Shown piece after piece: positions 1-9,906 of a stretch of 64,000 bases of DNA. The DNA comes from Dehalococcoidia bacterium. GTDB lineage: Bacteria; Chloroflexota; Dehalococcoidia; Lucifugimonadales; VXLM01. Both the position numbers and the translations under genes were made by a program. The stretch is taken from contig OY759598.1 in the NCBI GenBank assembly GCA_963662435.1, forward strand, positions 3,566,507 through 3,630,506, in the 5' to 3' direction. The notes under the pieces were generated by a model. The model was given only the letters and a program-made list of their open reading frames with translations. It made no database searches and was not told the origin of the DNA. The stretch's first letter is position 1. Each line of letters begins with the position of its first letter.

Positions 1-418
1 TATTCGGAGAATCGTAACGCCGAAGCAGTCATGGACCGGTCTCATTGATGCGTCCCGTCCCGCAGTGATGCCATTGATTGTAGTATGCAGTCACTACCAC
101 AGAAAACGGGTTTACAGGTGTGCCAAGAGCCCGTTGCACCGTTGCTGAACTGAACCCTTGCAGATCCGGCACGATAGTCTGACATTCTTTTGAAAATAGC
201 CGCCGTCCAATCTCCCCCACCGCCAACCCCAAACCGTCATTCGGCGTAGGCGGGAATCCAGTATTCGGATCCTGTCAGGCGAAACCCCCATTGGCATTCC
301 AGGTGCTGAAGGTCGCCACCCTCATGACATATTCCTCACTCCGCGGCGCTACACTCGGAATGACTGAGATTTGGTGTTATGCAAAGTTCTCCTGAGGGTG
401 AGACTGCGAATGATCTCC

Positions 419-3400
419 TCACTCCCGTACGCGAAAAATTCGCACGTCGCGGTTCTCGTATACCTGTTCGAGGGCTCCGTCAAAGCCGGAGTCAAACTTC
501 GCCAGTCCTGCCGGAACGTAGTAGAGTCGCTCGACCTGTCCGAGATACACGTACTCGACGCCATAATCGCGCATGATGTCGAGTGCCTCTTTCGGGTCCG
601 ACGTGTTGTATATGCGAGCGACCTGCGCGATGCGCCTAGGGACGGTTTCGCGGTGGTTCCAGCGCTGCTGCATCTGGTGCCATTCCCAGCCTGCTATGTT
701 TGGCAGGCCGGTGTAGATCGAAACGCGTCCGCCCCAACGGTAGGTGGGCGTCACAGCTTCGAGCATCACGGGGGAGCCCTCGACATTCCGCTGAATCCAC
801 CGGATGGCGTCGTAGTCTGCCGACAGGTCGATTGTCCCACGCTGGTCCGAGTGACGCTGGCCGTCCTGCATGTAGGCCATGCCGTCCAATGTGAGAGGCA
901 GCGTCGTATCGAAGCGCCTGCTCAGCCTGTCCTGTGTCCCGAGTACCGGGTAGACGGACACACAAACTACGAGCACTGCCAAGCAGCCAAGCCATATCCT
1001 CTTTCCCTTCGGGAGTGTGTCGAGTGAGGTGCTCCGTCCATGCCAGAGTCTCCACAGGATGTATGCCGACGCCAGGGCCATCAGCACCCAGACCTGAAGG
1101 TAGAACTTGAAGACAGTGTTCATCCTGTCTATGTCGCCTTCCACCCGGACTATGTCCACTCCGATGATGACGAAGAAAGCCGTGAGAGCCATGAGAAGAA
1201 CGAACGCGGCCTGCGGGGCATCCCCGCGTGGGGACAGAGCTGCGCGCGCGCCTGCCGCAAGTGCCAGGACGAGGAGTGCGAACACGAACGGAATCGTGCT
1301 GCCGGTTATCTCGACGACCTTCAGCACGACCACGAGACCGATCAACGTGAGTCCCAGCACCACGAGCGATAGACGTACCGCGCCTATTCGCCTGAGATGA
1401 GTATCCATGTCGCTTGTTTCACCGGAGGGTGCTGACACCGCAGCGAGCTTGGAGAAGGGGCGCCACAGAATGCTGCCAATATCCGAAAGCCAGCTGCGCG
1501 ACTCGCTGACAAGGTACGAACCTATTGCGAATACGAACAGTCCCAGCATCAGAAGGAACTGCCAAAGGACTGTCTGATTTGTCGTGGCCTCGATGCTTGA
1601 AAAGGCCGTCTCGTAATTCAGATGATAGGGTAGGAAGATGATGAACCCAACAATGAATATCAGGACTCCCTTGACCGCCGCCTCGACCATTACAAGCAGG
1701 TTCAAGCCGCCGGTCCTCAGTATGGCGGCGAGCAGCACGGCAGCCGTGCTCAACAGCAGATAGGTCGGGTAGTCCCACGTGTTGATCGGTCGGAGCACGC
1801 CGACGGCGATGCCCAGCAGGGCTATTTGCGCGATGTCGGCAAGTCCCCACCCCTTTGAAGCCGACCGACCACTTCCCTGTCCTGCCCCCCTCGCCCTGAG
1901 TACGACCGCCAGCGCAACGCCAACGACGAGAATGGTGAAGGGTATCGCCATGAGGTGGGCGTGCAGGTCGGCGAACAGGAACGTGAAGTAGGGGAACTCC
2001 GTGATCTCGTTGCCCGGTGGGTCCGGCGGCATCATCCTGCTGCTGCGCCAGAAGTCGAACCCCCCGGTCGGCTCATTCATCAGTAGTGCGTACAGGCTCT
2101 CCAGACTCTGTACGGCGCCGTCCAGATTTCCGATCATCGTTACGAACAAGGCTGCCGCCAATCCGGCGATGACGGGAGACCACGAGAATATCCTGACACC
2201 CTTCTTAGGAGCTTCTTCGGATGACTCGTCCTCACCCCCGGCGGCCTCAATGTCGGGAGCGGCCCGTGCGTGCCGACGAGGTAATCGCAGTCGCGAGGTC
2301 TCCGCAAGGTTGTAGACCACGCTAAACGCTCCGACGACGGTGAGGGCGAAGAACATCGGGACGGCCAGATTGACCGCAACCGCCGTGTCGATGCCGGTCG
2401 CGTGAATGAACGACGCGACGATGAACTGCCCCCAGTAGTAGTAGTTGATGAAGCCCCCGGAATACCACGGGTCGTAGGGAGGCATGAAGCTCGACTTGAG
2501 GACGGCGTTCAGGTACGCCGTATCCATGGGCTTCTCTCCCCCCTGCCACGGATGCCACAGGTCCGGGTTCGCCATTCGCAAGACGACGAATGCGAGGAAA
2601 GCGACGAGGAATACGACCTCGCCAATCGCGATTACCCTCCATCGCTCGCGGACGAATGCCCAGAACGAACGCCATGTGAATCCAAGGACGACGCATGACG
2701 CCAACGCGATCACGCCGATTCCCACCATGACCGACCCGAATGAAAACGCCATCCACTGGAGACTCGCCAGCAGCCAGGCAAGAAGCGAGACAGCCAGTAT
2801 CCCCAGTAGCTTGGCAAGCAGGTATCCGCCGTCCGGCAGAGACCTGAACGCCGCCAGCGCAATCGGCAGTATCGCCAGCGCCATGAGCTGCATGACGACC
2901 AGCCAGGCAACGACCGGCATACGACTGCCCAGCCCATTGGGATTCACGATGTCGGCCCAGGTTCCGCCTGCGCGCTGAGCCTCGAGGTCGTCCTCATCCA
3001 GCAGGAGACCTACCGGCCTCGCCGTTTCCGGGACAGCTTCTCCGGCGCCACCATATCCGAAAGGGTCGTCTCCGGCGGCATCGAGGATGCGTTGTCGAAT
3101 GGTCTCCTCGTCGAGCTGCTCGACGTTCTCGAACACGAGGCCCTTTGGGTGGTCGTATACGGAAAAACTCTCGTCCGCGTAGCCCAGGTTGATATTAAGT
3201 CCCGGCGGCGACTCTTGACCCTGAGGTGTCGATAGACCCGGCCTCCCGTAGGTGTCATCGACGAGCGTCACGCCCGCAAGGTTGGGATACGCCGTCTCCA
3301 CGTTGGCGAGCCGGTACCCAAGTTCACCGCCGAAGAGCAGCCTGTAGTACGCCGACGTGACGGGATACCTTTCCGGCAGGCGGGTTATAGTGCCGTACAG

Positions 3401-5053
3401 ACGGTTGCTGTAGAAGAGGATATAGTCGGCCTCCGACACGCCAACGGCCAGGGCGGAGAGCTTCTGCGGCGAGTCCTGTTCGTAGACGGGAAGCCGCGGG
3501 ACATCGTACCTTCCGAGGTCTGGAATGCCCTCCTCCCAGTGTTCCATCAGAATGACTGAACCTACGGGAGCATTTCGTTTAATCCACTCGGAGGACCGGA
3601 CTGCCGTATGGGTCGATTGATAAACCCCCAAGTAGGCGAGCGCATACAGCCCTGTAACCAGTACCAGCGCGACCATCACACCCGCGACCGCGTGACGGAG
3701 CCACCGCCTGTGGGGCGCCGCCCACTTCCAGGCGTGGAAGAGCATCTGGGAGCCGAAGAGCACCAGCAGCGGCGTTACCGGAATCAGGTAGCGAGTGAAC
3801 TTGACCTGGAACGCGCCCGTCACCAAGAGGTACGGAATGACCCACGAGAGCAGCAGCACCGTTCCCCGCGATTCCGGTGACCGAACCCCCAGCGTGGCGA
3901 TCAAGGAAGCGAACGCTATCATCGATGCCGCGGCGATGGCGAAGAGGTCCATCGAGATGAGAAGCACACCGGCCGGCAGGAGCCATCCCACTGCCAGGTA
4001 GAGGAGCCCGTGGTACAGCCTCATTCCACGGAGGCTTGCGTAGAGCAGTCCCGCCCATACTACGACGCCGAGAGGCCAACCCAGTCCGAACGCCGCAAGC
4101 TGCCGCATGTGGTACAAGTAAGCCGCTGTGTCGACGTACTGCCGTGTGTACGGGTAGTCGCGGATACGACGTACCATTTCCGACTGCTCGGTGATGTCGG
4201 ATACGAAGCGGGCCGAGTCGATTATGGCGTAGGGCTGAACGATGATGAATGTCGCCAGCGAGGCGCAGCCCGCCGCGAGCAGTCCAATGAATGCCGTCCC
4301 AATCCTTTGGCTCGCTTCTGCACTATCGCCCTTGGTCTGCCCCAAAGCCGGAAGGACGTATAGCAGATGGGCCGTGACGAGGGCGAAGTATATGGGCACC
4401 ATGCTGACCTTGGACGCCAGGCCCAGGCCGACGATTACGCCGGCGATCAACGAGTCACGCAGGCTGCCGCCGACTGCCACGCGGTGCATGAAGTACAGCG
4501 CGGCAATCGTTGTCAGCCCGAGCAGGATATCGAAGGTCAGAAAGTGGCTAAGCTGGATATGGATGACCGCCAGGGCCACCAGCGCAGCTGCCAGGAGACC
4601 TTGCTTTCGTCCATACATCCTCGCGCCGAGAATGTACGTAAAGAACACCACGGCCACGTCGGCGAGCGCCGATACACCTCGACCAACGGTCCTGAGATCG
4701 TACAGGTCTCCGGGAACTATCGAATGAGCAGTCTTGAGCAAGTAGACGGGGAAGCTGCCGTAGGCGAACCGGCCGGGGTTCCATGGGCTTCTCGCGGGAT
4801 CCAGAAGAGTGTCCAAATCGCCCGGCGTGGGGAATTTCAGTCCCTCGACTAGGGAGACGACATTGCGCTCGTCGGGGTGTGGCGAGTAGCCATAGCCCTC
4901 GTCCCAGTTGATGCCGTACAGCCGGAGGGCGAGCGCCACGACCAGCACGACCACGAGCGCGGCAGCCATCAGCACACTGCTCCGGTCGAACGGGCGGGTG
5001 ATCTTGTTCATGCTCCGCTCGTCGTCTGGCGGCTGCGACTGCGTGCTCTCCAT
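419..5053 (-). CDS. Large polytopic membrane protein: GT-C (PMT/ArnT-like) glycosyltransferase fused to a Chlor_Arch_YYY/DUF2298 domain
   Basis: 1544-aa ORF with many TM segments; N-terminal 'HPDER...WNP..FAYGS' GT-C-like motif; 'GGEKPMD', 'PPYDPWYSGGFINYYYWG', 'ITEFPYFTFLFADLHAH', 'RMNTVFKFY' motifs. Confidence 0.8.
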   Translation of the reverse strand: MESTQSQPPDDERSMNKITRPFDRSSVLMAAALVVVLVVALALRLYGINWDEGYGYSPHPDERNVVSLVEGLKFPTPGDLDTLLDPARSPWNPGRFAYGSFPVYLLKTAHSIVPGDLYDLRTVGRGVSALADVAVVFFTYILGARMYGRKQGLLAAALVALAVIHIQLSHFLTFDILLGLTTIAALYFMHRVAVGGSLRDSLIAGVIVGLGLASKVSMVPIYFALVTAHLLYVLPALGQTKGDSAEASQRIGTAFIGLLAAGCASLATFIIVQPYAIIDSARFVSDITEQSEMVRRIRDYPYTRQYVDTAAYLYHMRQLAAFGLGWPLGVVVWAGLLYASLRGMRLYHGLLYLAVGWLLPAGVLLISMDLFAIAAASMIAFASLIATLGVRSPESRGTVLLLSWVIPYLLVTGAFQVKFTRYLIPVTPLLVLFGSQMLFHAWKWAAPHRRWLRHAVAGVMVALVLVTGLYALAYLGVYQSTHTAVRSSEWIKRNAPVGSVILMEHWEEGIPDLGRYDVPRLPVYEQDSPQKLSALAVGVSEADYILFYSNRLYGTITRLPERYPVTSAYYRLLFGGELGYRLANVETAYPNLAGVTLVDDTYGRPGLSTPQGQESPPGLNINLGYADESFSVYDHPKGLVFENVEQLDEETIRQRILDAAGDDPFGYGGAGEAVPETARPVGLLLDEDDLEAQRAGGTWADIVNPNGLGSRMPVVAWLVVMQLMALAILPIALAAFRSLPDGGYLLAKLLGILAVSLLAWLLASLQWMAFSFGSVMVGIGVIALASCVVLGFTWRSFWAFVRERWRVIAIGEVVFLVAFLAFVVLRMANPDLWHPWQGGEKPMDTAYLNAVLKSSFMPPYDPWYSGGFINYYYWGQFIVASFIHATGIDTAVAVNLAVPMFFALTVVGAFSVVYNLAETSRLRLPRRHARAAPDIEAAGGEDESSEEAPKKGVRIFSWSPVIAGLAAALFVTMIGNLDGAVQSLESLYALLMNEPTGGFDFWRSSRMMPPDPPGNEITEFPYFTFLFADLHAHLMAIPFTILVVGVALAVVLRARGAGQGSGRSASKGWGLADIAQIALLGIAVGVLRPINTWDYPTYLLLSTAAVLLAAILRTGGLNLLVMVEAAVKGVLIFIVGFIIFLPYHLNYETAFSSIEATTNQTVLWQFLLMLGLFVFAIGSYLVSESRSWLSDIGSILWRPFSKLAAVSAPSGETSDMDTHLRRIGAVRLSLVVLGLTLIGLVVVLKVVEITGSTIPFVFALLVLALAAGARAALSPRGDAPQAAFVLLMALTAFFVIIGVDIVRVEGDIDRMNTVFKFYLQVWVLMALASAYILWRLWHGRSTSLDTLPKGKRIWLGCLAVLVVCVSVYPVLGTQDRLSRRFDTTLPLTLDGMAYMQDGQRHSDQRGTIDLSADYDAIRWIQRNVEGSPVMLEAVTPTYRWGGRVSIYTGLPNIAGWEWHQMQQRWNHRETVPRRIAQVARIYNTSDPKEALDIMRDYGVEYVYLGQVERLYYVPAGLAKFDSGFDGALEQVYENRDVRIFRVRE

Positions 5054-5229
5054 GAAAGGCTATTGTATCTACGCCGTGAGAGCTACAGCAATTGGCCGGG
5101 GGGTCCCGCTTAGTGAAGAGAGAACGGAGAATTCGGAATACGGACTCCCAAGAACTCGCCGTACCGGCGTAGAGCTTACCCTGTACCCCGATGCGGGGCT
5201 GGTATCCATCACATTAGACAAGGCGCCGA

Positions 5230-6705
5230 CTATCGCTGAGTTGTACACAGAAACCTCTCGTAGGCTTCGTCCCACTCATCGGCGTCCTCCGGGAGATACG
5301 TGGTCGGTTCAAAGCTGCGACGTACAATCTCGCGCCCCTCGGCGAGTGACGAGATCTCGCCATCTGAGAACATCTGCATCAGGATATTCCCGGCCGCCGT
5401 GGCCTCGACGGGCCCCACGACGACCTGACGGCCAACAGCGTTCGCAGTGAATTGATTGAGAAGGAGGTTTTGGCCTCCTCCCCCAACGATGTGCAGGGTC
5501 TCCTTACGCTCCTCGATGATGCCCTCTATAGCTTCCAGCACCATTCGATATCGGAGAGCCAGGCTCTCCAGGATCGTCCTCACCATTTCCCCGCGAGTCG
5601 TTGGCGGCTCCTGGCCGGTCGTCAGACAGAACTCGACCACCCGGGACGGCATATTGCCCGCCGGAGTGAACGATGGGTCGTCGGGGTCAATGAGCGCGGA
5701 GAATGACGTGGACGTTTCGGCCATCCGTGTGAGTTCCGCGTACGAGAAGGAGTCACCTTCGGCCTCCCACGTCGCGCGGCACTGCTGTACGAGCCAAAGG
5801 CCGGATATGTTCTTCAACGGCCGCATCGTGCCGAGTACGCCGACCTCGTTGCCAAGCTCGAACGCCCTCGCCCTCTCGTTCATCACCGGTCCGGGCGTTT
5901 CGATTCCCAGCAGCGACCACGTGCCTGAACTCAGGAATGCCCAACCGTCATCGCCCGCCGGTACTGCGGCAACCGCCGAGGCAGTGTCGTGAGTTCCCGG
6001 AAGGACGACATCCACATCCCTCGCACCCGTCTCCTCCGCAACCCTCGTAAGAAGAGGCCCCAGCGATTCCCCTGCATCCCTGATGTTCCCCAGCATGTGG
6101 GAAGGCAGTCCAACGGCGTCGAGCAGCGGGTATGCCCAGTCGGCCTTGCCAACGTCGTACATCTGGCTTGTGCTTGCGAATGTGCGCTCGGTCGCCATTT
6201 GGCCGGTCAGCCAGTAGTTGATGAGGTCCGGGATGAAGAGCAGCCGTGAGACTATGTCCAGCCGGTCGGGAGGCTCCGACAGTAGCTGGTACAGGGTATT
6301 CATCCCCATCAGCTGAATGCCTGATTGTTCGTACAGGAAGTCCCTTCCTAGCCGCTCCATGACCGAGTCCTGGATTCCTGCCGTCCGGGGATCGCGGTAC
6401 TGGTGCGGCAGGCCCAAAAGCTTACCCTGACCGTCAAGCAGTCCGTAGTCCACGCCCCACGTATCGACGCCGACACTTACGAGACTATCGGCATACATGG
6501 ATGCTGCGGCCGCAATACCGCGCTTGACCTCCTCGAAGAGCGCCGGTAGGTCCCAGTGCATGCTGTCGCCCCGGCCAACGGGCACGTTCGGGAAGCGGTG
6601 CGCCTCACGAAGGGTCAGGCGTTCCCCGTCGAACGACCCGGCAATGGCGCGCCCGCTTTCGGCTCCCAGGTCCAGCGCGAGGTATGTCTTGCACTCGCCG
6701 CTCAT
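5230..6705 (-). CDS. rhaB: Rhamnulokinase / FGGY-family carbohydrate kinase
   Basis: 'YLALDLGAESGRA', 'VGVDTWGVDYGLLD', 'HDTASAV', 'LSSGTWSL', 'GPVEATAAGN'; start placed at ATG 6705. Confidence 0.85.
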   Translation of the reverse strand: MSGECKTYLALDLGAESGRAIAGSFDGERLTLREAHRFPNVPVGRGDSMHWDLPALFEEVKRGIAAAASMYADSLVSVGVDTWGVDYGLLDGQGKLLGLPHQYRDPRTAGIQDSVMERLGRDFLYEQSGIQLMGMNTLYQLLSEPPDRLDIVSRLLFIPDLINYWLTGQMATERTFASTSQMYDVGKADWAYPLLDAVGLPSHMLGNIRDAGESLGPLLTRVAEETGARDVDVVLPGTHDTASAVAAVPAGDDGWAFLSSGTWSLLGIETPGPVMNERARAFELGNEVGVLGTMRPLKNISGLWLVQQCRATWEAEGDSFSYAELTRMAETSTSFSALIDPDDPSFTPAGNMPSRVVEFCLTTGQEPPTTRGEMVRTILESLALRYRMVLEAIEGIIEERKETLHIVGGGGQNLLLNQFTANAVGRQVVVGPVEATAAGNILMQMFSDGEISSLAEGREIVRRSFEPTTYLPEDADEWDEAYERFLCTTQR

Positions 6706-6932
6706 GTGTCCTGCCGTCCGAGCCTGCGCTTCTCCATCTCGGAGCACCCCGTTGGAGATAGCTTCGTTCCCCACTTTGGAGGCATTATAAACACAATTCT
6801 CAAGGCATACCGAAATCGTCACTCCGGCGAAGGCCGGAGTCCAGAGGGGAAGGATGGGAGGCCCTCGCAGGAGTGGTACTGTGCAAATTCCCCATCATCC
6901 CTCGCCTCCATTCATACCACCCTAGCGTTTGG

Positions 6933-6941
6933 TGCTATAAT
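6933..6941 (+). promoter_or_regulatory. Extended -10 promoter element (TGcTATAAT) for rplI
   Basis: Perfect TGnTATAAT about 80 bp upstream of the rplI ATG. Confidence 0.6.
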
Positions 6942-7020
6942 GTAGTGCCCGATACTTCGTGCGATGCTTTTGTGTGCCCGAGGGTATCGGCCACGACAGC
7001 AATGCGCTAGGAGACGACCA

Positions 7021-7662
7021 ATGAAGGTTGTGTTTTTGGAGGATGTGGAAGGAGTCGCCCAGGGGGGCGAGGTCAAGGAAGTCAAGAGGGGATTCGCGCG
7101 GAACTACCTCATACCGCAGCGGCTTGCGATGCCGGCGACCCGCGACTCCCTGCAGAGGATCGACCGCCTGAAGAAACAGGCGGAAGAGCAGCGTCTTCGC
7201 AAGATACGCGACATGAGGGAACTCGCCGAAGAGCTGCGAGGGAAGCGGGTAGACGTGCCAATGCGCGCAGGCGCGGCAGGTCGACTCTATGGTTCAGTCA
7301 CCAACGCCATCGTTGCCGACGCGCTATCGTCACTTCTCGACCGCGAGATCGAGCGCCGCAACGTTCAGATTCCCGAGTCGATTCGTGAGGTCGGGACCTT
7401 CGAGGTCCGCGTCCACCTCTACGCCGACATTGACGCACAGGTCGAGGTCCTCGTCTATCCGATGGAGACTGAGCCCGAAGAGTTCCTCCGTCAGCTTGAA
7501 GAGCGTAGGGCCCAGGCCGAGGCCGGAGACGCCGAGTCCTCCGACGACGAAACCGAGGAAGAGACCACAGACTCCGTGGAGTCAGAGGAATACGCTGAAG
7601 CAACGTCCGAGTCGGAAGCGGACGAGGCTCCGGTGGCAGAATCGCCCGAAGAATCTTCGTAA
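7021..7662 (+). CDS. rplI: 50S ribosomal protein L9 with acidic C-terminal extension
   Basis: 'MKVVFLEDVEGVAQGGEVKEVKRGFARNYLIPQ', 'GRLYGSVT'; AGGAG RBS before ATG 7021. Confidence 0.95.
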   Translation: MKVVFLEDVEGVAQGGEVKEVKRGFARNYLIPQRLAMPATRDSLQRIDRLKKQAEEQRLRKIRDMRELAEELRGKRVDVPMRAGAAGRLYGSVTNAIVADALSSLLDREIERRNVQIPESIREVGTFEVRVHLYADIDAQVEVLVYPMETEPEEFLRQLEERRAQAEAGDAESSDDETEEETTDSVESEEYAEATSESEADEAPVAESPEESS

Positions 7663-7744
7663 GCACGGGAAGACTCTCTCAACGGCTCACTCTCACTGCG
7701 CCCTCTCCGGGGCAGTGCGTGACTTCCGTTAAGAACTAGCCACC

Positions 7745-7833
7745 GTCAACTTGACTGGCAGATGCCGCTTAATCCCCTCTCCCGTCGTGGGTCAGGGCTA
7801 GGGTGAAACGTAATATCAAAATCACCTGGAATC
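7745..7833 (-). repeat. ~90-110 bp MITE-like dispersed element, copy A (inverted, internally shortened)
   Basis: Reverse complement matches 39866-39970 and 52857-52967. Confidence 0.8.
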
Positions 7834-7907
7834 TGAACTAGCCCCAGTCCATCTGGCCGGATTCACCACCCGTCTCGTTTCTCCCATCGAAGCAGTAGCT
7901 GAAAGCA

Positions 7908-7932
7908 CGTTCGCCCTGAGCCTGCCGAAGGG
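7908..7932 (-). repeat. Short palindromic repeat CCCTTCGACAGGCTCAGGGCGAACG (inverted copy)
   Basis: Same motif at 39757-39782 and 63918-63943; partial copies near 48503, 51813 and 51947. Confidence 0.8.
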
Positions 7933-8063
7933 CAGCGTTGCACCTTCCACGCAGAGTCTCACACGCAACTGTTCGGAGTTGGTGAGATACAGAGAGGGGG
8001 TCTTCGCGATTCAACTGCCCAAGACTGAACAATTACTCCCACGCCTCCCGATTTGATTCGCAA

Positions 8064-8075
8064 GAACAGATGTAC
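8064..8075. promoter_or_regulatory. Putative LexA (SOS) box GAAC-AGAT-GTAC in the rplI-dnaB spacer
   Basis: Same pattern as the box in the lexA promoter (GAAC-ATCC-GTAC on the minus strand). Confidence 0.5.
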
Positions 8076-8127
8076 GAAACTGTTAACCAGCGCCAACACG
8101 CCTCGGGAATTAACGTGAGCAGGACGA

Positions 8128-8293
8128 ATTCATCAAAGTGCATCAGAATGCATCAATTTGCAACAAAAATCGGCCATAGCCCAAACCGAAGGTTGTTCGC
8201 CCATCACCACGGGTTCAACTCTGCCAGTCTTCGACTTGGCACTAATTTCCAATAACGCTGGAAATGCTACAGAATGCTGCAAAATGCTACACA
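8128..8293 (+). repeat. Two clusters of phased 10-bp direct repeats (consensus about ATGCWWCARA)
   Basis: 8128-8167: ATTCATCAAA GTGCATCAGA ATGCATCAAT TTGCAACAAA; 8264-8293: ATGCTACAGA ATGCTGCAAA ATGCTACACA; both followed by AATCGG. Confidence 0.7.
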
Positions 8294-8511
8294 AATCGGG
8301 GAATTCCCTCACATCGACAGTGCTTGCACTCTCCCCTCAATCACGCAGTTGAACCGACCCGTTGAACGGCTCGCCCGAAGGCTTCGGAATGCGGGAATCG
8401 GAGAGAGTGGATCCCTGAGACCCTTCCCGCCAAATCGGCCGGAATTGACGGGTGCTTTGTAGTCATCCGGATGTGGCATCGGGCCGGAATCCTTGATACT
8501 TTAAGCGGCCC

Positions 8512-9894
8512 ATGGTCTACACCGACAGACTCCTCCCACACAGCGTCGAGGCCGAAGAGTCCCTGATCGGCGCGCTGCTGATCGACGAAGACGCCCTGCC
8601 CAAAATTTCCGGGACCGTTGGGGCCGAGGACTTCTACGTAACCAAGAACCGCTGGTGCTATGAGGCATGCATGGCCCTGTTCGACCGCAGCGAGGCCATC
8701 AACCAGGTGACCGTCGCCGAAGAGCTCGTCCTCCATGAGCGCCTCGAAGAGATTGGCGGCACGTCGTATCTGGCGCATCTCGTGCGTACGGTGCCCACAA
8801 CCATCCACGTCGAGCACTACGCCGGGATCGTTCAGCGCACCTCGACCATGCGGCGGCTCATCAGAACGGCTGACGAGATTGCCGCGATCGGCTACGAGGG
8901 CGACGCCGACGCCGATTCCGCTCTCTCGAAGGCCGAAGACCTTCTCTACCGCGTCCGCACAACGCGCACCACCCGAGACTTCATGCACATACGTGAGGTG
9001 CTCGACCAGTACATGGAGGATGCGGCGTCAGCTCAGGCCGGTGGCGATATCCATCTCTCGCCCATCACCACAGGGTTCCCCGACTTGGACAAGCTGCTCG
9101 GGGGAGGACTCCAGCGCTCGGATCTCGTCATAGTCGCAGCACGCCCAAGCCTCGGCAAGAGCACGCTCGCCTTCAACATTGCTCGCTATGCCGCCGAGCA
9201 ACTGGCCAGAGTTGCCGTATTCAGCCTCGAAATGAGCGCTGAGCAGATCGGCATCCGACTAGTCGCGAGCGAGGCGGATGTCAACAGCCATCGGATGCGG
9301 GTAGGCCTTCTCAATAGCCAGGAAGAGCAGCGCGAGCACGACGCCATCGGCTACCTCTCCGGTCTGCCCATCTACATCGACGAGACGCCATTCCAGCGAA
9401 TCGTCGAGATGCGGAGCAAGATCACCCGGCTCCACAACGAAGAGCCCATCGATCTCCTGATTGTCGACTACATGCAGCTCATCGCCGGTTCGAGCGGTCG
9501 ATCAGAGAACCGAGTTATGGACATGGGCGAGATATCCCGCTCCCTTAAGAGCATCGCTAGGGAACTCGACGTTCCCGTCCTCGCGCTCTCGCAGCTCAGC
9601 CGCGCCCCCGAACAGCGCCTGAACCACAAGCCACTCCTTTCGGACCTCCGTGAGAGCGGAAGCATCGAACAGGACGCCGACGTCGTTGCATTCATCTACC
9701 GCGAGGACAAGTACACGACTCAAGAAGAGTGGGACAAACGAAGGCCGAATGATCGGTATCCCGCAAATGTCGCCGAGTTGATCGTCGCCAAGCACCGGAA
9801 CGGGCCCACCGGCTCCGTGCACCTCTACTTCCGAGATGACGTGGTGCGCTTCGAGAGCATGACACGGCCCACCGAAGCCATGGACTTCGCGTAG
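8512..9894 (+). CDS. dnaB: Replicative DNA helicase
   Basis: 'LPHSVEAEESLIGALL', Walker A 'ARPSLGKST', 'IVDYMQL', 'LSQLSR', 'SDLRESGSIEQDADVV', 'AKHRNGPTG'. Confidence 0.97.
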   Translation: MVYTDRLLPHSVEAEESLIGALLIDEDALPKISGTVGAEDFYVTKNRWCYEACMALFDRSEAINQVTVAEELVLHERLEEIGGTSYLAHLVRTVPTTIHVEHYAGIVQRTSTMRRLIRTADEIAAIGYEGDADADSALSKAEDLLYRVRTTRTTRDFMHIREVLDQYMEDAASAQAGGDIHLSPITTGFPDLDKLLGGGLQRSDLVIVAARPSLGKSTLAFNIARYAAEQLARVAVFSLEMSAEQIGIRLVASEADVNSHRMRVGLLNSQEEQREHDAIGYLSGLPIYIDETPFQRIVEMRSKITRLHNEEPIDLLIVDYMQLIAGSSGRSENRVMDMGEISRSLKSIARELDVPVLALSQLSRAPEQRLNHKPLLSDLRESGSIEQDADVVAFIYREDKYTTQEEWDKRRPNDRYPANVAELIVAKHRNGPTGSVHLYFRDDVVRFESMTRPTEAMDFA

Positions 9895-9906
9895 CAGGGA
9901 GCAAGT

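Noticed and set aside
1..45. Possible start of a minus-strand gene running off the left edge
   Set aside because: Too little sequence to assign frame or product.
8128..8293. Replication origin next to dnaB
   Set aside because: No TTATCCACA DnaA-box cluster and no strongly AT-rich unwinding element seen.
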